Positions 12,282 to 25,135 of a DNA stretch of 64,000 nucleotides are shown here, in pieces; position 1 is the stretch's first letter, and every line of letters starts with the position of its first letter. Under the pieces are notes generated by a model that saw only the letters and a program-made list of their open reading frames with translations, searched no databases and had not been told where the DNA came from. The translations under genes and the position numbers were made by a program. This DNA is from Callorhinchus milii (Eukaryota). The stretch lies in NCBI RefSeq assembly GCF_018977255.1, contig NW_024704742.1, positions 96,226,001 to 96,290,000 on the forward strand, in the 5' to 3' direction.

Positions 12282-12525
12282 GATAGGGAATGTTATCCCA
12301 ATATTCAAAAGAGGAGGGAAAAACCAAGCTAAGAATTATAGACCAGTTAGCGTAGCAGAGACAAATGCTTGAGCGCATTTTACAGGAAGCTATTAATGTT
12401 TATCTAAAGAGCACAAAGGCCATAAGCAATAGTCAGTGTGGAATTAGAAATACTAAGTCACGCCTCATGAAACTTAATTGGTAGACAGAAGCAATCCAGT
12501 GGTATAATTTATTGGAATTTGATAA
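12282..12525 (+). mobile_element. Highly decayed CR1 RT fragment
   Basis: NVIPIFKRGGKNQAKNYRPVS...MLERILQEAI...SQCG matches CR1 RT N-terminal motifs (compare 58400-58580). Confidence 0.75.
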
Positions 12526-12619
12526 CATTTCATATCTGGAGCTTTTCAATAGAATTGAAGGGTACCAAAGCCACAATAGTAACCACACATACTCTATTTA
12601 TTTTCCCTAGTAAATACAG

Positions 12620-12855
12620 TAATAATAATCCATGCATTTGATATAGTGACTATAACATTGACACATCTCACAGTGTTTCATGGGAATTATTGTACAGTGA
12701 CTATCTGTGGACAACTGGGGAACCAATGCACAGCAAGGACCCACAAATAGCTGTGAAGTGTGAATTTATCTGGAGAATTGTTGGCCAGGACATTGAGAGA
12801 AGCTTCTCTTCTCTGATAGTGTAATGGAAATTTAATCAGGCAGGCAGAACCTCAA
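12620..12855 (-). mobile_element. Decayed Deu-domain SINE
   Basis: aataataatccatgcatttgatatag tail, cacagcaaggacccacaaa and ttggccaggaca. Confidence 0.75.
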
Positions 12856-12879
12856 ATTATGTATAAAGGTCAGTATCTT

Positions 12880-13678
12880 AGCCTGTCACTGTTGATAACA
12901 CGTTTTGCTTCTGACTCAGAAAATTGTGGATTCAAACCTCACACCAGTACTTTGAACTCACAGTCTAGGTTAACACTCCAGTGCAGTGCTGGGAGAGTAC
13001 TCATTACTACTGCATTGCTAAAAGTACCTTCTTTCAGATGAGACTTTAAAGTGAGGGTCCTGTCCAGGTGGATGTTAATGATCCCATGGCAATATTTATA
13101 AAGAGAAGGGAGCTTTTCCACAAAATAAAATTGGTTATTCGCTTCATGGCTGTTTGTGGGGTATTGCTGCGTACAAATTGATGGCTTGTGGAGTCCTGTA
13201 GCTCAGTGATTAGAACACTTGCCTCACAAGCAAGAGACCTAGGTTCAATTCCCAGTAGGGCGAAATGTTGGGCAAGATTCCTTACACCCCATGCTTCTGT
13301 TTACCTAGCAGTAATTAAGAACCCGGTTGTTAGTCAATTGGGGTTCGCTTTTCTGGGGGTAATAATTCCTTCAAAAAAAATAATAAATTGGTCAGTTCAA
13401 TCCACAACTGTTTGTGGGACACTGCTGTGGGCGACTGGCTGCCGCGTTTCACCCACAAAATATACAGTCAATTCACTTGACAGTATATTCTGTGAAGTCC
13501 TTTGAGATGTCTCGAAGACGTGATAAGGCGCTATATCAAATGCAAGGATTATTATTATTATTACAATCACCTACCAATACACAGTCAATACACTTTACAA
13601 TAAAATCCTGTGAAGTGTTTTGAGACGTCTTGATGATATAAAGTGCTATATCAAATGCAAGGATATTTATTATTATTG
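12880..13678 (+). mobile_element. Full-length SacSINE1-like Deu SINE hosting a nested family A SINE
   Basis: Head cttctgactcagaaaattgtggattcaaac, tctaggttaacactccagtgcag and Deu core to ~13185; the tail resumes at 13564-13678. Confidence 0.85.
13188..13563 (+). mobile_element. Full-length family A SINE (long variant)
   Basis: gtggagtcctgtagctcagtg head, internal ctgtttacctagcagtaa segment and gcaaggattattattattatta tail. Confidence 0.93.
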
Positions 13679-13807
13679 TCTCTGAACTGGGCTAGACCAT
13701 GAGCTCAAATGATATTTGAACCCACAATCTTCGCACCAATCGGCAAAAGGGCCACCAACTGAGCCAAACTAACAACCCAATAGATGTGAAGATGTGAGTT
13801 CTGGGCT

Positions 13808-14190
13808 CTTTAAAATAACCTACACATTGCAATTTTTTGAGTAAATCAAGATAGTTACGCAAAATGAAAACACATTCCTCTTTGGACAAACCCATTTTAA
13901 ACATCAAGTACTCCCATGCCACATATTGTGTGATAGAATGCTGAATGGAGCTTCCTCTTTCAGTTTGAAATGTGGGTTGTTCTGTTCCATATTTGTCATG
14001 TAACAAGTTGGTTGATGTCGACTTTAATACAATTCTGCTCTGACCACTGTTTACTGAATTTGTCAATATGGGTTTCAAATAAATTTAAGGCAATTTTGTA
14101 TGCACAAATTAATTTTGTATTTGTAATACTGTATAATGTTATTTTGAGTTTAGAATTGCACAGCCCTTCGCCATAAGGACACTGGGTTAA
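13808..14190 (-). mobile_element. Possible 5' end of a Tc1/mariner-type DNA transposon (transposase N-terminus)
   Basis: An ATG at 13895 in tttaaaATGG context gives MGLSKEECVFILRNYL...QCVGYFKE, similar to the DUF4817 helix-turn-helix start. Candidate terminus ttaacccagtgtcc at ~14177-14190. Confidence 0.4.
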
Positions 14191-14198
14191 ATTATCTA

Positions 14199-14345
14199 AA
14201 CAACAACAACTTGCATTTGTATAGCAAATTATGTATGCTACCTCTTTCACGCGGGGTAGCATTTTGGAGCGCTTAACAAGCTTGACACCAACCAAAGAGA
14301 GAGGGGAGGTGAGTGTAGGCATGGTAGATGTTGGAAGAAAACATT
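14199..14345 (-). mobile_element. L2 3' end, decayed
   Basis: acaacaacaacttgcatttgtatagc...ttcacgcgggg...gagcgcttaaca. Confidence 0.65.
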
Positions 14346-15564
14346 GTTTCAAACGTAATAAATGGAAAACACAGAGCAGAATACCCCCAATACTCCTTCA
14401 CCCAACCAAAGATGCCTATCCCTAGTGCACCAATGTGAAATTTCAGTTCTCGACAACAAGAATTGTATTGACTTCTTTAAGTTAGATTGCTATTTAGGGG
14501 ATAATTCTCCAATTCTCTAAGTCAATGGAGAAATTAAAGGTCAAGTAGTGCCGGTTTAGGGATGATTTTTTGCTCTTAGTTTACTCACGGTTTGCCCAAA
14601 CACTTTCACCAAGGGACCCATCAAGCAAGCAGACAGAGATCCCATCAGTCTAAGCTAAATTTGAACTTCAACTGAGAGATGGGAGTCCAGAGTATTAACT
14701 CACTGAAATGTCAAGTTCCTAGACTAACTTGTATTCTGGTTAATGTGACAGAGGTCAAATCATTGGTTTAGGGATAATGAATGCCTGAATTTAGAGTTAA
14801 ACTAAAACATACAAGTCCTGTAAAACATTTATGTAGTATCTACTGAAGAGCAATATTGAGTTTCCGATTTTCAAGCAAACACAACATGAGGCAGGACTGA
14901 AGCCTCCATTGTCCAGCAATCCTTCCTGTATTTTGTTACATTTCTCCACAGGATTTGGCTCAGCATCCATTGGAGAATGCTTCCGCTGAGACTGGCAACT
15001 TAGCAATGATAATCCCTTTGCTTAGAAGTTTCAGGATCTTCAGAAGAATGTGTTTGACGATCTACACAATCATCCAAGGAACAGCACAGGAACAGCACAG
15101 ACACATGCCTGCATAAAATAGCAACGGAGACCCATCCCCTCTTTCCAAATTCACAAGTTGGAAATTCCATTGAGATGTGTTCAGTATCACCTGATGACAT
15201 CCTGGGAGCTAATATTCCTGAAGGATTAATAACTGAGAATCCTGTAGCTCCATCATTCCCTTGTTTCTAAAGACCAGATGCAGACCCTCTCAAACTGGAA
15301 TAAATTCCAGAGCAACATGGAGAAGACCTCAGGGACTAGGCCAGCTAGACATGAAACCGAGGGGTGAAAATTGTAATGTGTGACATGTTATTTATTTATC
15401 ACCAGTAATAATTGTGGTGATTGAAACTAGGGACTATTTAAGGTTTTGCGCACACTCAATTAGAGGGCACCTGACTGGAAGCAAGATGGGATAGGAGCCC
15501 CTTATGCTTGCTTAGGCTGAGACACCTCAGTTTGGGTAAATGATAGGTTTAAGATACCTAATCT

Positions 15565-15695
15565 GCATAGAGTTCACACCACAGACACAGACCATTTGGC
15601 CTAACTAGTTTGTACTGGTGTTTATACTCCACATGCGCCTTCACTCATTCTAATCTCCTCTCACCATGTTCCTTTATTTCTTCCTCTCTCATGCC
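15565..15695 (-). mobile_element. CR1-type 3' tail fragment
   Basis: catagag...cacagacacagaccatttggccta pattern. Confidence 0.45.
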
Positions 15696-18259
15696 GGAAG
15701 TGGCCCACACAGCCATCAAGAAGTGATTTGTGGCATAAATCAAAAATATGTATTTTGTTGGCCAACTATAAATTAAGGCATAAATCTTGCTCCATTAAAT
15801 TGGATGTGAAAGCTATGCTCTTTCCATAGTCTTCACTGGGTGTGACTCTCCCACTGTAATAGAACACAAGACTAACAGTATTCTGGAAAGAACATTTGTG
15901 ACACATGCTGACCAGACTAGGCCTTTGATCAACATCTTAACATCCCAGAGGTCCACTTAATCATGTATAGAGCAGATGAATAAATCGCTTTACGTTTTGT
16001 TTACTCATTGCATTCACTTTTAATACTACAAATAATAGGAGAGAAAGCCAATGTGTTATGTGAACTTTATCATTATCAAATTCCCCTATACTTTCAGGCT
16101 GCAGGTAACACAACATAAAACTGAGGAGTAAAACATTCTCTTGAATGAAAATGATGCACAAAACTAATGAAACATCAGACAGTTCAAAAATAATTACTCA
16201 CTCTAATCGCCTTCTAAAAAGAGATGAATTTAATACATGTAAGTCATCATAGAATAACTAGGAAAGTTTGTGGTTACACTGGTAGCCTTACCAACCACCT
16301 TCACATTTGTAAAATAGGTAATAACGCAGTGAAAGAGCAGGTACTATGTATGTATGCATGCATGCATTTACCAACACCAGATTCCCCAGAAAGCCTGTAA
16401 ACGCCATATAAATCATGTAAGGTGTTCAGCTGCTGCTGCTCAGTGTTCAAAGCGAAACAGGAGTATTGACATGCCCTCTTGACCAATTCAGCTGTTAACT
16501 GTGAATTGCACTAGGATATGAGGGGATGACTGATGTTTGCAAAGTCTCCAGCAGGAGCTCCAAACAAGTCAGTTGTACAGAAAGTCAGTGTGCTCATCGT
16601 TCCTGCTCCTGACAAAGCAGTTTTGGTGAAACATGATGCTTTAAACCTGTCTTTGGACCACTGGCAGTGATCCCAAACTGTTTGCGTATCTAAACAGTAT
16701 CAGTGGGAGATATGACATGTAGGTCTGGAAGACAAAGTGCAAGTAGGGCTGATAGGCATGTGGCAAATTAAATCTGTTTCGTATTCTATTTCTCAACATC
16801 CTTAAGTACTTAGTTGCAGAACAGGCACACATTTATTGTGGTTGAAATCCATGCTTTAGATAGAATTAGGATTCCATTTATGCCAGATGAAATCTGGCCT
16901 TTGTTACAATAAGACCATGGAACTTAATGAAGTATGCAAGTGGTGTGATTTGTGTCATTCCTTTCCACACAGAGTCATTTATTTTGTGGGACTCAACACG
17001 CAAAGTGGTTGAAAGGTGAGTACTGGAGCAAATAACACAGACTCAAACCACAAACAGCACAAGGCTGAGGCAGCCTTATTTGAAGCAGAAAATCAGCAGC
17101 CTATGTTCTGCATCACTAAAAATATAATAAAAGTGCATCCAACATATGTTGACTCTTAAGACCTAGCATCTAACAGGTAAACCTATTTGTCTGGTGGGTG
17201 CTATAAGACAGGAAACCTGTACAACATTATGAAATCTCAGTACCTCTATTGGGGAAAAATGTATTTTATTGACCATCAGTTCTTAAAGGGCAGGAACACA
17301 ATACAATATACTGTAGTCAGTGTGCATGTGGCTGGGATTCCTGCTCTTTGCATAGATTGTAATATTGACGTGAAGCTCAAGTGGAAAGCTAAAGTGACTG
17401 CGTAAAATAAAATAAAATATTTCCCAATATTGTCACTGCACGAGGTTTTCAGAGAGAAAGTGGGGTGGAGGGAAACAGAAATGCATTCTATTTATAATGC
17501 TTTGTGATAGAGCAGCCAGAGTGTAAATACTCCCAAGGGTATGGCAATGAAAGAGGCACAAATACTTTCATACAGACAAATCTCGGAATTTGAAGACCTA
17601 GCAGCTTGCCATTAAAAAGGGGGCAAGCTCATAATCTAGTTAAAGACTTTGCAAGGATATGATTTCTGAAAGGAATAGTGTAAGAGCTTCCCAAGGCCAC
17701 TAGAAATAGCTTCCATCCTGTCAGAGTAATCAGTTTACCCATTAGAGTTATCTTATGTTTTACAGTACAACTCATATATTGCAGTGTCCCTCCACTTACA
17801 GGCACATCTGTTAATGACAATTAACATTTGATATTATTATTTTCTTTTACAACATCAAATCAGCTCTTCTTGCAGCCCTTTATATTATCAGTCTTTGCTT
17901 TGCTTATACCTCCATATCCACCAGGAAGATCTTTGAAGAGAAAGACAATTGCCATGTTGGCACACACACACGCATGCGTACGGAGGAAGGTGTGTCTGTG
18001 CACATAGCTCGCATTGTTTATGACAGTTCATAAAGAGAAAGAATGTGATCCAGGTCAGGTGTTTAATTTCAATTTTCCTAGCACCCATTCCAAGTCAATG
18101 TGCACAGTCTAGAAAGATGCAAGTGGGTGTTGGTTTTCTTATGAAAAATCAGTACTTTTAGACACCTGTGCAGGTATGACAGAAGCACATTGTCAGATTG
18201 TTTTTTTAAAAAAATAAACTTTGTGTGGCATTTAGATAAGTGTTCAACATTCCCCCAGA

Positions 18260-18430
18260 TTAAATTGATAATTCACTTTGTTGCTTTTGGTGGGATATTT
18301 CTGTGTGCAGATCAGTTGTCATGTTAATCTACCAACACATAGTCATTTGCACTTTACAGTAAAATCATATGAAGCACTTTGAGATATTTCAATTTCATAA
18401 GGTGCTGTATCAAATGGAAAGATTATTATA
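18260..18430 (+). mobile_element. Decayed Deu SINE 3' half
   Basis: ttttggtgggatatttctgtgtgca...actttacagtaaaatc...gaagcactttgaga...tatcaaatggaaagattatta. Confidence 0.7.
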
Positions 18431-18813
18431 AGACTGAAATTGCAACTCATCAGCTAGCTCAGCATGTAGAATTTCCATGCAGCTGGAAGACAAAAATATT
18501 GTGTTGACTTTTTAAGGAATATAATGCATGTGGCTGCCTTATGTGTGGGTTACAATGCAAATAGTTGAAATGGTATCTGGATACCTAGACAGTGATAGTA
18601 TACATGAATAGAACAAAAATAACCAAATTATGAAACATTTGTTTCATACCACTGAAAATGGTATGCCATACATCCATATCTTCCTCAAATTAAAATGGTG
18701 ATCCACATGTAATCTCCAGGAAAAACTGAATACCTGACTAAACCCAAGTATTTACCGGGAGAGTAAGTGGCCTTTCAGCTCACCGATGATTTTAATTAGC
18801 GGGTTGCATTTTC

Positions 18814-18870
18814 CCTTTAAATAACCATTAACAGCTGCACATCCTCCTTTAAATAACCATTAACAGCTGC
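18814..18870. repeat. Short tandem duplication (25-bp identical unit, period 32)
   Basis: cctttaaataaccattaacagctgc occurs at 18814 and 18846. Confidence 0.9.
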
Positions 18871-21800
18871 TCACTATCATCTTCCCAGTTACAAGTCTCA
18901 GTTTAAGTCTTTCATACCTTTTTTTTAAAACCTGCAGGCATAGTTAGATGTGATCTTGGAGATTGTGTTAAATTCTTCAATTTGATCTTTAAAACCCTGT
19001 ATGCAAATCCGGTAACTCTATATTTCCTGATACTATCAATTTACAGTTCTTGCTAACTTGGCAAGTCAAGTGATGTTGATATTGAGAGCAATGGCACACT
19101 GCATGTGTTACACTCCTAGATTTATACAAAAGACTTTAACCCAAAGTAGCGTCTACTGTAAATAGATTAATTGACTGATATGGCAAGTGACAGGTTTTAT
19201 GACATTAGTTTCGCTTGTAGTAATGTAAAATTAGTGTTGCAAAGCAGTGATTATGTGTACAAGTCTTACTGCAAACATCACGGAAACAGCTAATTGTTCC
19301 AATGAGTGAAGACTGACACAGATTATAGTTGTAACATTATGTAAATTAAAATTGGAAACAGATGTGTTGTAAAGCCTCCATAAGAACAGTGGAAAATTTA
19401 ACAACTCGGTAGCACTTTAGAACACCAACATTATTCCAACAGAAGAATGAAACATAAGAATTAAGGAATCTTGATTTTGAAACATTTTGATTGCATAACT
19501 GTCTCACATTACTGAAGTAAGAAAAAAAACTTTAACATAAATTATCTCATTAAAATATCTATGTAAAGTCGTGACTTTAACTCGCTTTCCTTTAATTAAA
19601 TAGTCATTCTGTCTATTTCACTCCAGGCTTGTCCTATCACAAGTGAATTGGAATGCTTCTGATGACAAGTGAGGTGCAACGTTTAATCACCTAAAGAAAA
19701 CAAACAGAGAAGCTAGTTTGCTTTTATTTGGCCACCTGTCCTATGTCATTCGGAAATCCGTTTAAGGTAAGTTTGATAAAAATCCACCAAAGTAACTTTA
19801 CTTTTGGTCAGCCAGGTGTCTTACATGTGCGGAGACTCATTATGATGCTTAACAGTATCCAAACCAAATTGAGAATTCCATGCATCGCACCTACATATAG
19901 AAATTCCAGAGATAAATTCTTGGAATGGAATACATACTCTCTCCCTGGAGAGATGTATCGTGCTTACCTAATTGTGTAATCAATACCAAAATAACTTGAT
20001 TGTTAACCAGACTAGGAATTAGCAAGTGACTAGTACATTTAGTCTGTGTGCTATAGCATTCTATGTTTCTATATCAATAAACCTTACATTTCATATAACA
20101 CCTAAAACTTCAAGAACATCTGAAAGAACTTCACAAAGGTTTTGTGAAGTGTAGCAACTGTATATTTGCAGATAAACAAGTTTTTAAATGTTTAGATATA
20201 CAATGGTCATGTTGTTTGATTTATTCATACCACATATTTATATCTGTAGATCTGAAACATTCTTGTCTTTAAAATATTTGAGATATCTCAAAGTGCTTCA
20301 CAGACTATATTGTAAAGTGATTTGATTGATATTTGGTGGGCTTTGATTAATCAGGTGGATTTTTTCCAAGGTTTGAATTTTCATATTCCAAAGAATACCA
20401 ACAGTCTTGTGGAGGTATTATTGATGTTATTGTACATTTTATTTTCTTCTCCCAAAGGGCAATTGCTCTGGGTTTTCAAATAACTTATAGAAAATCCTAA
20501 ATGATTATATTCACTTAAAGAAATTCAAGATGAAGTTCACCATTTGTCAGCCTGGTGACTGTATTGCATTAACTCGCTACATCAAGGAAAGTTCCACTTG
20601 TCCAGATTGAATATGTTTCTAATGTTTGTCCAATGAACCTCTTGATCGAGTTTAGGCCATTTCTCTAAAAAGCGTTAAGATCAAGAACGTTGATTTAGCC
20701 GCGGGATATACCGGAGCCTCACTTTACCTTGGGAAAGCTTGGCGGTCGATCCTGCAGACGGTGCATAGCCTGACTTTGCAATGTAGATTGTCACTTCCTA
20801 TTATATCACTACTAGAGCACAGCAGTTTGCTTTCTTCCTTGCTTTTATTACACCAGCTAAAGCATCATTATTAATGATTCTCACATTATTAATGATTATC
20901 ACAGCAGGCATGGCAAAACTACTTGAGTCAACTCTTTCAGGAAACTGTGATCAAGAAAGGCTTTGGGCCATTGTAATCCATTGACAATAAACATTGTACC
21001 TTTTGCATTTTGGTATGTCTGGAATGGAAACTTCTAAAGGCAGGACTTTGTTTTTATGATTGATAACAGGGTCTTGTTACTTTGTTTTTCTAAACCCTAA
21101 GTCTATCTGTGATTAACATTATTAAAATCAGATCAAAGCCTGAGCTGGTATCAAACATTTTCTATTCATCACAATAATTTTCAGAGACCATTTAATAGTT
21201 TGACATTCAAACTGAAGCTTTTGGTGTTAATTCTACTTATAAAAGTAAAAAGCCGTAATAATCCTTCGCACCAAATAACACTGAAATATTTCTTCTGTAG
21301 CCCACAACATAAAAGCCAAGTGAAATGCCCTCTGAAGTTTCTGGAACATTCTGTTTCTTTTACGAGCTAACAAGTTTGATGTGGCCCTTTGTCTTATTCC
21401 ATTCCAGGCTTGCAGCTGTTTTGGCAACAGACAAGATTCCTATAACAAATCAGATAAAAGCCCATTCTACAGAGAGGAACTGAAAACAGCAGGCCTCAAA
21501 AGGACTGCACATGAGATGCCTTGTTCTGGCTTTCAACACAACTCAAATCAGAAACACATTACCATAATCTGAAACAGCTCACTGCTAACACAAGACAGAT
21601 GGTCTGTAATAGCCCATACAGCATTAATAAATAAATTCCAGCATTAAAGACTTTGCAAAGTATGACAACGTTATCTTGGCATATTTATGACCTTCATTGT
21701 TATTTTTAGGGCATGTTTGTGGTGGTAGAGAATAAATATTACATTAATTTTAGTTACGTGTTCTGGATAGGAGGAAAAGGGCCGTAGGTTCCAAGAAAGA

Positions 21801-22149
21801 AATTTGAACAAGTGCCAACATATTATAGTTCTGCAAGAGACAGAAAAAAACAACAATGCCATCTTGATTTATGGATGATGTTTGAGGAAAGAAAACTAAC
21901 ACTGCATTTAATTCCGTCACAAACTTACATAAAAATTGCTTTAACACCCTCAATTTTCTAACAATTACATCCTGTAAACTACGCGCAACTGATTAGAACA
22001 TGCAGATTATTTTACTTTAGTTTTGCAGTCCTAACGTCAGATATTCACTATGCTGGTGACTTCATGACTTTATTGACTTACTCTTCCTCATTACCTATGG
22101 TCTCTTCCCGTATGCAGTCACTTCACTCAAATACAATGGAAACAAGTGC

Positions 22150-22410
22150 GTGCCTGCCTGGTGGATGTTAAAGATCTCACAGCATTACTGTACTCGATAA
22201 CAGAAGGCAGTGTCTCCCGGTGTCCTGGCCAAAAATTCGCCGAATAATATTGGTCATGCACTTCATGTCTGATTGAGGGAAATTGCTATGCAAAAATTTA
22301 CTCCTGCAATTGCCTACAAAAATACACTACAATTTACAGTAAATTCTGTGAAACACTTTGAAGACATCCCCCGTATGAAAGATGTTATAATCAAGTGCAA
22401 GGATTTTTTT
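22150..22410 (+). mobile_element. Deu-domain SINE
   Basis: ggtggatgttaaagatctcacagcatta...ccggtgtcctggccaa...ctgtgaaacactttg...aagtgcaaggat. Confidence 0.8.
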
Positions 22411-22689
22411 AAAAATGTGAAATGGTGACAGGACAGGAGCTGTTTTGCACTTGTATATACATCCTTCCCTGCTTTGGGTTGAGTTTGCAACAGCAGCAAC
22501 AACTTGCACTTATAGAGCACCCTCCACGCAGGGCAGCATCTTAGAACATTTGCATAAGTGACTGTTACTGGTAAATCTATATGCACACTTATGTTTGATC
22601 TTTGACCATCTTTTATTATTTAAACAGTATTGCTGATTATGGTATGCACTGTGAATTAAGTCTTCTTAAAACTTTCGTTCCCTCATTCC

Positions 22690-23075
22690 AATTTTCTCCC
22701 CCATTGTTCTGTCCTTTCCTGAAGACGCTGACTCATGTGGGGGTACATCTTCAAGGACACCAGCAGCTCTATAAGTGGCTCACCTAAGTGGCTATTCTTC
22801 ATGTGTGAGAGTGAGTGTTGGCAGGCTAATTGACCATGAAGAGCATCACAGATGAACGTGATCTTGTTCTCATCTGTTCATACACAAGGCACTTTCCAGC
22901 CGAAGTCATTGGATAGTGATCAAGAATGAGAGCCCTGACTGATTTGTTCATCTCTGTAGCCTGGGGTCACTGAGGACAATTTTCACACACTCTTATGTCC
23001 AGTCTAACATAGAACCTACCACAGGTCAAGGCTGAACCCTCCTTAATTTGCACAGCTGAACTCTGCAACTCACGA
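22690..23075 (-). mobile_element. Old SINE-like repeat (family B), longest copy
   Basis: gagtgttggcaggctaattgaccatgaagagcatcacag...actttccagc...ggatagtgatcaagaatgagagccctgactgattt. Confidence 0.65.
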
Positions 23076-23154
23076 TGCATGTTAAGAATTTTTTGTCAAT
23101 ATTACAAGACATTAATGCCCTCTTGTGAATATTATCATCTATCACCAACAACTA

Positions 23155-23345
23155 GTGGAGTCCTGTAGTGTACTGGTTAGAACATTTGTCTTGCATGTGA
23201 GAGGACCTGGGTTTGATTCCCAGGTGGGCCAAAGCCTTAAGTAAGTTTCTTTTCTCCACACGCCTCTGTTTACCTAGCAATAAGAAAGAATCCATTTGCT
23301 AATCGAACGGCAGATGGCCTTCTGGGGGTAATATTCAACCAACAA
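23155..23345 (+). mobile_element. Family A SINE, 5' half only (long variant)
   Basis: gtggagtcctgtagtgtactggttag...ctccacacgcctctgtttacctagca; no tail. Confidence 0.85.
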
Positions 23346-23524
23346 CAAAAAAAGTAGATGCTACAAAATATAACTGATACCAGCAGCTGAGGTTAAGGCT
23401 TTAATTCCTAACAAATCATCATTAATATCATACATATTGTAAAATAATATACCTGACCCATCTCTAAACCTGCCCTTCTTCTCCAGGATGCTGGAATGAG
23501 TAACCCGGAGTATCCTGGTGTGTC

Positions 23525-23950
23525 GGTCTGGATCAGTAGCCATTTCACCTTTGAGTCAAAAGGATGTGGAGTCATGCCCCATGTCAGGACTTTGAATTCA
23601 TATTGTCTAGGCTGACACTCCAGTGCATTGCTTGGTGTGTTGCATTGTTGGAGGTACTGTCCTCCAAATGAGACTGAGGTCCTGTTTGCCATTTCAGGTG
23701 GACATTAAAGATCTAAGGGCTCTGCAAAATGAGGGGCAGTTTCTCCTGCCAACCGGGCCAACAATCAGGTCAAAATCAGGTCATTCACTTCATGGCTCTT
23801 TGTGGGACACTGCTGTGCACAAATGAGCGACCGAATTTGCCTATAGGTTACGGTCACTACACTTTACAGAAAATCCTGTGAAGTGCTTTGAGATATCTTC
23901 CCAACGTGAAAGACGCTATATTAAATGAACGCATATTTATTATTATTATC
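23525..23950 (+). mobile_element. Near full-length SacSINE1-like Deu SINE
   Basis: tctaggctgacactccagtgca...tgcattgttggaggtactgtc...caggtggacattaaagatc...tttgtgggacactgctgtgcacaaat, then tail. Confidence 0.85.
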
Positions 23951-23974
23951 ACTTCCCAGATAATTCCTCTCACA

Positions 23975-24690
23975 CCTCTCCCTCTATGAGACCCTCCAAT
24001 CCAGTTTCCTCCCTCCAACAGAACACTGTCCTGGTCAAAGTCACCAGTGACGTTCTCTTCATTTGTGACCAGAGCACTATGTGCCTCTTGTTCCTCTCTG
24101 CTGCTTTTGATACTGTTGACCACTCCATCCTTCACCATCACCTGGTTCTCGTTCACTCTGCTTTCACTTATATCTATAACCATCACTTGCCTCTGCTACC
24201 ACCTCTATCCCCAAGATGCTGAAAACCTCAACTATCCCTTCATTATCTCCATTCTTGATTATCACAACTCTCTCCTCATTAGACTCTCCACCTCCTCGCC
24301 AGATTACCCACCATCTCACCAGACTCCCCATCTCCTTGCCAGACTCCCCATCTCCTCCCTACACAAGCTGCAGACCATCCTGATCTCTGCAGCCCTTGTC
24401 CTCTCCCGCATCAGTCTCCACAAGCCTATCACCGTCATCCTCAATCATATCCACTGCCTCTCACCTTCCAAGGGATTGAATTTAAGATCCTCATCCTCAC
24501 TTTGAAGGCCTCACCCCATTCTATGTCTGTCACTTTTTGCAACCCTATTGACCCAGCCACCCCTCTTCTTAATGAATTCTGACCTGCTTCATGTCCCCTA
24601 CTCTTCTGTCCCATGTCGGGGAGTGAGCTTTCAAGATTTTTATCTTGCTCTGTGAAATTCTACCTTGCCCCTTCTCTCCTCATCTCTATA
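23975..24690 (+). mobile_element. Decayed, internally deleted L2 ORF2
   Basis: LVKVTSD...LSAAFDTVDHSIL, then SILDYHNSLL and LHKLQ; C-rich sense strand. Confidence 0.85.
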
Positions 24691-24870
24691 ACATGTTTAT
24701 AAAGTTTCATTGTTTGGTTCGCATGAACGTGAAAGCTCTCTTAGCACTAGCTTTATGGCACTAGGGAGTTCTCCTGTACCCTGACCATCTAAAATATACC
24801 AAAACACAAGTAATGCATATTCATATAATTAATGTTTGTCGTATGTTATTGGTCCACATTAGCTGCTGTA

Positions 24871-25135
24871 TCCACTGGGTCTGGCCTCCTCCTCGTCTCC
24901 CGAGTCCTCCGCTTCACCCTCGGCGGCCGTGCCTTCAGCCACTACACCCCGAGGCTCTGGAACTCCCTTCCTCACTCCCTTCGCCTCACCCCCTCTCTTC
25001 CTATTTTCAGGTCTGGGCTGAAGACCTTCCTTTTCGACCATGCCTTTGGTCACCTTCCTCCCCCTCCCCCTGGCTCGGCCCCAGGATCCGTTACTGTGAA
25101 GCGCTCTGAGACGCCATCCAAGTTGTTTTTATTAT
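24871..25135 (+). mobile_element. L2 3' end (same subfamily as 32090-33785)
   Basis: TLGGRAFSHYTPRLWNSLPHSLR...LKTFLFDHAFG; close match to 33495-33735. Confidence 0.92.

Noticed and set aside
20727..20797. CpG-containing possible minus-strand exon ending AAG|gtaaag
   Set aside because: Weak acceptor and no recognisable peptide in the open frames.
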